Position numbers and translations under genes: made by a program. A DNA stretch of 64,000 nt from a virus (lineage: Duplodnaviria; Heunggongvirae; Uroviricota; Caudoviricetes), in IMG/VR virus record IMGVR_UViG_3300001373_000069; one strand, given 5' to 3'. The notes under the pieces were generated by a model. The model saw only the letters and a program-made list of their open reading frames with translations. It was not told the origin of the DNA and did not search any database. Positions 57,224 through 64,000 of this stretch are shown one piece after another (the first letter of the stretch is position 1; every line of letters begins with the position of its first letter).

Positions 57224-58303
57224 TTGACAATGACTAAGTTACTAGCTGGAAGAAGGAGTGGTATCGTAAGGATGTTTCCAGAAACGGATAAGTCCACGAT
57301 GCTACCCAACACTACTCCCAAAGTTAATCGAGGGAGAGCAGAGGTTGGAAAGAAAGTCAATACAATGACTGAACGAAATAAGGTAGCCTCCCCGACATCA
57401 AACCCGGGGAGTGATACTTCACCACGAAATAAGAACCCGAGATGGCCTGCTAAGAGGAAGTTTCAACAAGGAGGTTTACTAAGAACGAAACCAATCATAC
57501 CAGAACAGGATCCAGAGTTTATGTTCAAGAGTAAGTATAATACAGAACTAACGCCTGAAGAGAAACCTAATTTTGATGCCTGGGTTAAAGCAGAATCTGC
57601 TAAACAAGGTAGAGATATTATGATGGATCAGGGAGCTTATGATGTGCAGGGATTCTGGAAATCAGGTGATTATGCTAAGAGAGATTCAGATGGACATGGT
57701 ACAGATACTTGGAAGAAACCTAATCACCCAACATTCAGTAATGAATCTAAGTACCATGGTGCAGATGGATTCTACGCCGGAGAATGGGGAAAGGATGGAA
57801 GTTATTTTCCATCTAGACAGACTAGGGAATTGTATAGTCCTGATTACTACAAAAGATTGTTTGGTGCAGAACCTAACCGGCCGGAACATTTAAACCTATC
57901 CAAGTCAACTAATTTCACACCTAGTATATATCAAGAAGGTGGTAAGTTAATTCCCCGGAAAGAATTATCACCGGCCCAACTTGACTCTACTGTTCAAGCA
58001 TGGAGGAAATCTCCTGAATGGTATAACCAGGCATCAGGTAGAGCAGAGATAACTGACTCACCTATCGATATGGTATTATTAGGTGGGGCTGCCATCTATG
58101 CTGGTAAAGCTTCTGGATTCTTATCGAGATACATAACAAAGAAAGCTGATCAAGAGTTAGGTAAAGTACTGGCTGGTCAAGCTACTAAACTGGGATGGAG
58201 TGAAACAGAACCAATACTAGGTTCATTAGCAAAAACTGCAGAGCGTGGTATACCAGGAACTTATTGGGTTAAACAAGGTGTGGATCTTTTAAATAATAAA
58301 TAA
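57224..58303 (+). CDS. hypothetical protein (359 aa)
   Basis: ORF track. Confidence 0.5.
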   Translation: MTMTKLLAGRRSGIVRMFPETDKSTMLPNTTPKVNRGRAEVGKKVNTMTERNKVASPTSNPGSDTSPRNKNPRWPAKRKFQQGGLLRTKPIIPEQDPEFMFKSKYNTELTPEEKPNFDAWVKAESAKQGRDIMMDQGAYDVQGFWKSGDYAKRDSDGHGTDTWKKPNHPTFSNESKYHGADGFYAGEWGKDGSYFPSRQTRELYSPDYYKRLFGAEPNRPEHLNLSKSTNFTPSIYQEGGKLIPRKELSPAQLDSTVQAWRKSPEWYNQASGRAEITDSPIDMVLLGGAAIYAGKASGFLSRYITKKADQELGKVLAGQATKLGWSETEPILGSLAKTAERGIPGTYWVKQGVDLLNNK

Positions 58304-58521
58304 TGTCAACAATACATATCAAACCAGAGAACAAAGGAAAGTTCACAGCAACTAAAAAGGCTACAGGTAAGAGCACAGAGGAACTTACTCATAGTAAGAA
58401 CCCAGTAACTAAGAAGCGCGCGATCTTTGCACAGAATGCTGCGAAGTGGAAACATAAAGAAGGTGGAATACTAGGATTAAAAATAGGTGGTATTCTTAAG
58501 TCAACGAAGACTGCTAAGTAA
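58303..58521 (+). CDS. hypothetical basic protein (72 aa)
   Basis: ORF track. Confidence 0.4.
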   Translation: MSTIHIKPENKGKFTATKKATGKSTEELTHSKNPVTKKRAIFAQNAAKWKHKEGGILGLKIGGILKSTKTAK

Positions 58522-58563
58522 TTAAACTATATGATGTATATTAAATAGCAAATGTAATAGATA

Positions 58564-58803
58564 ATGGAAGAAAAAGTATTTTTCACACCGGGGGACTTGG
58601 TAACACTTAAACAAGATTTACCATGCAAACCAATTATGATGGTCAAGTCAATTGATAAGACTTCGTTTAGAGACGACAAGAGTTCATTTAAAGATAGCAA
58701 ACCAGTGCTATTCGGAATCACATGTATTTGGTTTACAACTACATTTGAGGCCCAGGAGAAACGGTTCAATACCAAGGACTTAGTGCATTATGAGTCGAAG
58801 TAA
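58564..58803 (+). CDS. hypothetical protein (79 aa)
   Basis: ORF track. Confidence 0.4.
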   Translation: MEEKVFFTPGDLVTLKQDLPCKPIMMVKSIDKTSFRDDKSSFKDSKPVLFGITCIWFTTTFEAQEKRFNTKDLVHYESK

Positions 58804-58996
58804 TTTCGAAGATAATCAAGAGAGTTTAGTAGAGGGGATCTTGCAAATTTTAGGCCGGTCCCCTCTACCACCTCCAACTAAATCTGGTGAGCCATGTAGA
58901 CACGAGTCGGATGGATTCGTATACGATGATGCAACTATGTATGTATTGTTAACCTGCTCTAAATGTGGCGAACAATATGAACAACCAACAATATAA
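58790..58996 (+). CDS. hypothetical protein (68 aa)
   Basis: ORF track. Confidence 0.35.
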   Translation: MSRSNFEDNQESLVEGILQILGRSPLPPPTKSGEPCRHESDGFVYDDATMYVLLTCSKCGEQYEQPTI

Positions 58997-59612
58997 TATG
59001 GCAATACGATTTAAGTTTAGAAAGGAACGCATAATAACAGATGAAATATTCTTTATGTTCAAACCCTTCCGTGATCTATGGAACTGGGATACAGCAGAAG
59101 ATAAAGAAAAAGCACATAAGTTATTCTACTTCATATTTCTCTTATGTGATTTAACAGAAGAGAACCAACTGCGCGATGTGCCTTCGGCTAAGAAAGAAGA
59201 GGAAGCTAAGTTCCATGCCTTTGGAAATAAATCCAGGGTATTCACCAAAGCAGAATTAAAAGTACTAGAGCCGGCCATTGCTTGCTTTATTAAGTACAAC
59301 ACAATACCAGAAGAAAGAATATTGGAAGCCTTTGATATTAAAGCAGATGAGTTAAGGAATGTACTTGAAGAAACTAAACCGGAAACGGTAGAGAACTTTA
59401 AGAATGGTGTAACAACCTTTGTTTCAAACTCAGCAATCATAACCAAGGGCCTGAAGAAACTAGACGCTGTAAAGAAATCAAAGATCAATGTAATAGCAGC
59501 AGTGCGTAGAGAAGCTATGACACAGCGAGTTAGGGGTGGTACTACGTTATCACCGTTAAGTAGGGGTAATATAGCATTACCTTCATTGGCAGATAGGGAG
59601 GATGGATTATGA
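58965..59612 (+). CDS. hypothetical protein (215 aa), paralogue of the next gene
   Basis: Shared 'L(F/L)Y(F/V)(I/F)FL.CD.......(L/I)RDVP' and C-terminal 'RGG..LSPL..G(N/D)I' motifs. Confidence 0.5.
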   Translation: MANNMNNQQYNMAIRFKFRKERIITDEIFFMFKPFRDLWNWDTAEDKEKAHKLFYFIFLLCDLTEENQLRDVPSAKKEEEAKFHAFGNKSRVFTKAELKVLEPAIACFIKYNTIPEERILEAFDIKADELRNVLEETKPETVENFKNGVTTFVSNSAIITKGLKKLDAVKKSKINVIAAVRREAMTQRVRGGTTLSPLSRGNIALPSLADREDGL

Positions 59613-60262
59613 AATTCATGTTAGATAAATCCAGAACAATAGTGGATAAGAATTCACTAACCAGCGAGATATTCAACAAGATTATAAATAAGGACCTGGA
59701 AATAGGAAATCAGATATTATTGTATGTATTCTTAGTATGCGATATATCCTATGATAATCCTATACGCGATGTACCTTATGTAGATAAACAAAGAGAAGCA
59801 GCCATGGTTGCATTTAATGATGAGGACTATTCCATTTATAATACTCTAGGTAAGGAATGGCATGAGCTAACGATTGAGGCAATCAAATGTTATGACAAGG
59901 AAATTGTACAAGATGAGGATAAAGATGTCTATGCTTATGATAAAAAGATGGATCAGTTTCGCGAGATGTTAATGGAAACTACTCCTCGCATCGAAAAGAA
60001 CTTCGGTCCGGATACTATATCGTATAGTACTAACATAGATATCATTAACAATGTATTAGAAGATATCGTAACACTAATCCAGACCAAAGCTTCTATGGTA
60101 TCAATGATTGTCCAGGGTACTGTACCAAAACATTTACGCGGCGGGCTATCCCCACTAACCAAAGGCGACATCAACACTAAACCAAATAAACATGATTCTA
60201 AAGAAACCGGTAACACCACCAACAAACAAAGTACCAAACTGTCCAACATGCGACCAAAGTAA
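59609..60262 (+). CDS. hypothetical protein (217 aa), paralogue of the previous gene
   Basis: See paralogue. Confidence 0.5.
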   Translation: MKFMLDKSRTIVDKNSLTSEIFNKIINKDLEIGNQILLYVFLVCDISYDNPIRDVPYVDKQREAAMVAFNDEDYSIYNTLGKEWHELTIEAIKCYDKEIVQDEDKDVYAYDKKMDQFREMLMETTPRIEKNFGPDTISYSTNIDIINNVLEDIVTLIQTKASMVSMIVQGTVPKHLRGGLSPLTKGDINTKPNKHDSKETGNTTNKQSTKLSNMRPK

Positions 60263-60365
60263 GAATGGATGGAGTACTCGCAGGAGAGGGATCCTAGTTA
60301 AGTCTAATAAGTTAGAAAAGACACCTACTCAGAAGAAGTAAAGTGTTGTAATTCAATATGTTGAT

Positions 60366-62576
60366 ATGAAAGAAAATGTAGATAATATCTCACAAATATG
60401 GACCCCTGACCGAGAACTATGTGCGCAGGCCGATGCTTGGAGACAAGAGAAAGAGTGGTTGCGTAAGAAGACAGGTTACAGTGGTCTAAAGCCATCAGAG
60501 CTGGGGATTGACGCTTATATGTACGGTAGTAAACTGCCCGAGAAGTTTTTCGAGGGCAGAATGCCGCCACCAGTACCATTAGATTCGTTAGAGAATATAG
60601 AGTGGTATGAGGAACAACTAAAGCGCGCAGTGTACGGTTTTGAATGGAAAGGGTATAGGGTAACCGGCGATCATTATTGGTTATTGAACTTCACTCCGTT
60701 CCTTGTAGCAAAGAAGAACAAGAGAGGTAAAATCACCAATGAATTTGATGTGCAGTTCCCCTATTTCTCTTATATGCATGATTACATATTTAAGTTGATG
60801 GAAGAAGCCCATTACAATAACCAGGCGTTCACATGGATGTCAGGTCGTGGTAGTGGTAAAACTTACTCGATCTTATCTGTAATAGCAAAGACTTATCATC
60901 TTAAACCTAAGAGTCACGGTATTGTATCGGCATCCAATGCAACACATGCGGAAGAGGCCTTTAACAAACTAAGACTTATGCTTGACTCCATAGCTGAGGT
61001 ACATCCAACATTAGCATTAGCTAGGTTACAGGATACCAAAGGTATGATAGAGTCTGGACAAGAGGTAGTTAGAGATGGTGTTAAATATAAAGAAGGACCA
61101 CGTTCGCGTGTACAACGTATTGTATATGGTGACAATCCCGGGGTAACCAGGGGATCTCGTCCGGATATTCAGTTGCTTGAGGAAATCGGTGACTGGAGTA
61201 GCGGCGTAGGTGATTTAAAATCTTGTATCGGTGCATCTATCGGATCATGGCGCGTAGGATCAATCCAGAAGTGTCGTGTGTTTATGATTGGTACCGGTGG
61301 ATCAGTTAAGTCGGATCAAGCGAAGGATGTGTTTACTAAACCTAAGTCGTATCACATCCTACCGTTAACAGACTTCGGTAAAGAACATGGTTTCTTTTTA
61401 CCGGCTCATTATTTGTTAGGGGGTCAAGGATGGGAAGAAACTGGTGTGAATAATGTTGAAGCATCGAAAGCATATCTGGATGAAGAGCGCGAGCGTACTC
61501 GCGATGATATGGAAATCCATTCAAAAGTAACTCAGGAGTACCCTTACACTATTGAAGAGGTATTTCGTAAGATGGGTACTAACAACTTCAACCAGAGGAA
61601 GATAGCCGAGCAGTGGGGAAGAATCAATTTCGAACCTGATATTAAGAAACCAGAACGCGGGTATCTGGAATGGATCAAGACTCCTAATGGAACTATTAAA
61701 GGAGTTAAGTGGTCTCCAAACACAGAGGGTGATATAGAGATAATCGAACACCCGTATAGAGGGCCAAATGGTGATATGACTTATAAGGGTCTTTATGTTG
61801 CAGGACTAGATGGGATTGATCAAGGACAACTTGATTCAACTTCTACAAAGAATAGATCTTCTCTGGCTATGTTGGTTAAGAAGAGAATTGTTGACGGCCA
61901 ATACTTTAAACAAACATCTAACTTATATGTAGCCAAGTACATAGGCAGGAGTCTCGACGTTCGTTGGGATTATGAGAATGCTCTAAAACTAGCTATGTAT
62001 TATGATGCAGAGGTAAATATCGAGTACACAAAGATTGGTATAGTTGGTTACTTTAGAGATTGTAAGCAATATCACAGATTAATGAAACGTCCTATGATAG
62101 CTACAGCTTCGGCCGGAGATGGTACAGATGTTTTATTTGGTGTTAAGAGAACAAATCTAATAGGTACCACAGCTACTCCTGCAGTTATAGATCACCAGGA
62201 CGGAAAAGTAAAGGAGTACATCGAGGATTATTACCAGAACATATTGTTCATAGATCTACTTGAGCAGTTAAGAGATTACCAGAGAGAGGATAGAACTAAG
62301 TTTGACTTGGTGATCGCCATGGGTCTATGTGAATTAGCAGATGAAGACATGCTTGGCGAACCATCTAAAGAAGCTGGTAATGAAACTGCTGGGTTTAATA
62401 TGTTTGGTTGGCATGTAGACGAGTACGGCTATAGACACTTTGGAGAACTTCCAAGTGGTACAGGTTCTATATTTACTGAAACTTCCGGTATAGGTTCTAG
62501 TCCTGTACGTTGGGTAGATGCTTCAGGTAAACCTAGATTTGATGACGACTACAATATATTAAATAAAGACGAGTAA
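60366..62576 (+). CDS. terL: Terminase large subunit
   Basis: 736 aa; Walker A 'WMSGRGSGKTYS' ~165 aa from the N-terminus, size and position typical of TerL ATPase-nuclease. Confidence 0.7.
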   Translation: MKENVDNISQIWTPDRELCAQADAWRQEKEWLRKKTGYSGLKPSELGIDAYMYGSKLPEKFFEGRMPPPVPLDSLENIEWYEEQLKRAVYGFEWKGYRVTGDHYWLLNFTPFLVAKKNKRGKITNEFDVQFPYFSYMHDYIFKLMEEAHYNNQAFTWMSGRGSGKTYSILSVIAKTYHLKPKSHGIVSASNATHAEEAFNKLRLMLDSIAEVHPTLALARLQDTKGMIESGQEVVRDGVKYKEGPRSRVQRIVYGDNPGVTRGSRPDIQLLEEIGDWSSGVGDLKSCIGASIGSWRVGSIQKCRVFMIGTGGSVKSDQAKDVFTKPKSYHILPLTDFGKEHGFFLPAHYLLGGQGWEETGVNNVEASKAYLDEERERTRDDMEIHSKVTQEYPYTIEEVFRKMGTNNFNQRKIAEQWGRINFEPDIKKPERGYLEWIKTPNGTIKGVKWSPNTEGDIEIIEHPYRGPNGDMTYKGLYVAGLDGIDQGQLDSTSTKNRSSLAMLVKKRIVDGQYFKQTSNLYVAKYIGRSLDVRWDYENALKLAMYYDAEVNIEYTKIGIVGYFRDCKQYHRLMKRPMIATASAGDGTDVLFGVKRTNLIGTTATPAVIDHQDGKVKEYIEDYYQNILFIDLLEQLRDYQREDRTKFDLVIAMGLCELADEDMLGEPSKEAGNETAGFNMFGWHVDEYGYRHFGELPSGTGSIFTETSGIGSSPVRWVDASGKPRFDDDYNILNKDE

Positions 62577-62616
62577 TACTCAGAAAAATTTCCTATAATA
62601 GTCTTGTTAGACCAAT

Positions 62617-62697
62617 GGAGAGGATGGTAAGTGGGTGAAATCATGGGTCTGTAAAACCCTCGCTTCGGCTATGGCGGTTCAAATCCGTCCCGCTCCA
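62617..62697 (+). tRNA. tRNA-Tyr (GTA), type II
   Basis: Acceptor GGAGAGG/CCGCTCC (one mismatch), anticodon loop CUGUAAA, long variable arm CGCTTCGGCTAT, T-arm GGCGGTTCAAATCCGTC. Confidence 0.65.
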
Positions 62698-62980
62698 CAT
62701 GATATAATGGGTAAGTATTTGAATAATGACACGCACGGCAGCCGAAATGTATAAGCGCTCAATGATTAGGCAATGCGAGTAAGAAATCCGGATACCTCAC
62801 TGTGCGTAGGTAAGATCTAAAGCCGGTACTGATACTTATCCATTATACATAGTTGGATGAATAAAGATATAAATAATGAACCTGTACTTACTTTGTGTAC
62901 AGATTGTGCACTTCTAGAAGTATGTTATGATATCTGCGTATACTTATCTTAAATAGGACGTTGGCTCAGTTGGTTAAAAT

Positions 62981-63496
62981 ATGGAAGAAAAGAGATGCTT
63001 ACATTGCAATAATGTACTTACAATAAAAGAAGGTATTCCACCATACGAACTTAAACGTAAGAAGTTTTGTTCTAGGAGTTGTGCGGCTTCTTTTAATAAT
63101 AAAAGAAGGGAAATGCCGAAGGTAATACACTTGTGTATAAACTGTGGTGAGAAGGTAAGTAGAAGTTCAGACTTATGTGTTGACTGTTATAGAGATTCAG
63201 TATCCACAGCAAATAAAAGTTTAGGATTCTATACCAAAGACAAAACATATCTATCTTCTAAGTGTCAGCAGATTAGATATCACTCTAGAAAAGTAATGGC
63301 TGACTCTGGTATTGAACGAGTGTGTAGTTACTGCAAAGACCATACCTATGATTCTATATTACAAGTACATCATATTAAAAGTATACTACAATTTGATCAT
63401 GATACATTAGTAGAAGAAATAAATGACACTAGTAACTTAGTTTGGTTATGCCCAAATCATCATGCTATGTTAGAACAAGGATTAATATCATTATAA
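62981..63496 (+). CDS. HNH homing endonuclease
   Basis: Zn-ribbon CxxC pairs plus 'HHIKSILQFDHDTLVEEINDTSNLVWLCPNHHAMLEQG' HNH motif. Confidence 0.8.
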   Translation: MEEKRCLHCNNVLTIKEGIPPYELKRKKFCSRSCAASFNNKRREMPKVIHLCINCGEKVSRSSDLCVDCYRDSVSTANKSLGFYTKDKTYLSSKCQQIRYHSRKVMADSGIERVCSYCKDHTYDSILQVHHIKSILQFDHDTLVEEINDTSNLVWLCPNHHAMLEQGLISL

Positions 63497-63499
63497 TAA

Positions 63500-63573
63500 G
63501 GGGCCGCATGTACCAAGGCTGGCGATGAACTTTTGCAAAGTTTGTGAGGTGAGTTCGATTCTCATCAGCTCCA
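63500..63573 (+). tRNA. tRNA-Ala (TGC)-like gene, possibly a pseudogene (D-stem does not pair)
   Basis: Acceptor GGGGCCG/CAGCTCC with G3:U70, anticodon stem GAACT/AGTTT, loop UUUGCAA, T-arm GTGAGTTCGATTCTCAT; D-arm region TGTACCAAGGCTGGCGAT lacks complementarity. Confidence 0.45.
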
Positions 63574-63575
63574 CT

Positions 63576-63649
63576 GTGTTGTTAGCTTAGTTGGGCAAAG
63601 CACCTGATTGTGGTTCAGGAGATCATCGGGTCGTAGCCGATACAACACC
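63576..63649 (+). tRNA. tRNA-His (GTG)
   Basis: Acceptor GTGTTGT/ACAACAC, D-arm GCTTAGTTGGGCAAAGC, anticodon stem CCTGA/TCAGG, loop UUGUGGU, T-stem ATCGG/CCGAT. Confidence 0.7.
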
Positions 63650-63654
63650 CACCC

Positions 63655-63727
63655 GGAGGGGTAGCTCAGTTGGTAGAGCACCAGATTGAAGATCTGGGTG
63701 TCGATGGTTCGAATCCACCTCTCTCCA
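63655..63727 (+). tRNA. tRNA-Phe (GAA)
   Basis: Acceptor GGAGGGG/TCTCTCC, D-arm GCTCAGTTGGTAGAGC, anticodon stem CCAGA/TCTGG, loop UUGAAGA. Confidence 0.8.
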
Positions 63728-64000
63728 CAAATTTTAAACCGATCATCATGGTTACATTAGTTGACGAAGAAGTACATGAGGAAGTAGATTACATCGTGTA
63801 TGCTCCCACAGAAGGAGAAGAAGATTTTAATTAGTAATAGATATGGAAATTCATGGTTACTCATCAATCAGGTTAACACCAGAAGATTTGATGAATGAAA
63901 ATATTAATGTTGTTCTATTGGCTATCGATGAGGATAGTAAGAATTACCCATTGGATAAGCACTTTGTTAACCAGTTAGAACAACAGGGTATAGCATTTGT

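Noticed and set aside
1-64000. Prophage, integrase or transposon features
   Set aside because: No integrase, transposase, att-like repeats or host genes were recognised; the window reads as a lytic-phage genome segment.

Overview
This window is an AT-rich (~34% GC) segment of a large virulent bacteriophage genome, read from sequence alone without database searches. Genes at 1-48.3 kb are almost all on the minus strand. A divergent, ORF-poor and GC-shifted zone follows at 48.9-53.7 kb. A plus-strand block at 53.7-64 kb ends in a large terminase and a tRNA cluster. 

Recognisable content: 
- A replication module: the N-terminal exonuclease domain of a family-A DNA polymerase running off the left edge, a Dda/RecD-like helicase, a flap endonuclease, and several AAA ATPases including a MoxR-vWA pair. 
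- A sigma-70-like factor and an RlmN/Cfr-family radical-SAM methyltransferase. 
- A NAD+ salvage set: NadV split by a frameshift, an NMNAT-domain protein and a Nudix hydrolase. 
- A Ro60/TROVE (Rsr) orthologue. 
- A TerD/TerC/vWA/PRTase/HAD ter-type cluster and an SPFH lipoprotein. 
- At least six homing endonucleases: 3 GIY-YIG, 1 LAGLIDADG, 1 HNH, plus introns. 
- About 17 tRNA or tRNA-like genes. 

Most notable: 
- The helicase gene is split by a group I intron carrying a GIY-YIG HEG; both splice-site rules are satisfied. 
- An Hsp90/GHKL-like ATPase gene appears split by ~1.9 kb containing two HEGs flanked by a repeated 14-mer. 
- Several tRNA-like genes are aberrant: a tRNA-Ile paralogue with a ~65-nt insertion, a permuted or split tRNA-Lys(UUU), and expanded or missing anticodon arms. 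One has an 11-nt perfect Shine-Dalgarno/anti-16S match in the anticodon region. 
- Several 0.5-1.3 kb ORF-free, GC-enriched patches are candidates for large structured ncRNAs. 
- The Ro60 orthologue lies ~6 kb from the tRNA-like element with the insertion, a candidate Y-RNA-like partner.
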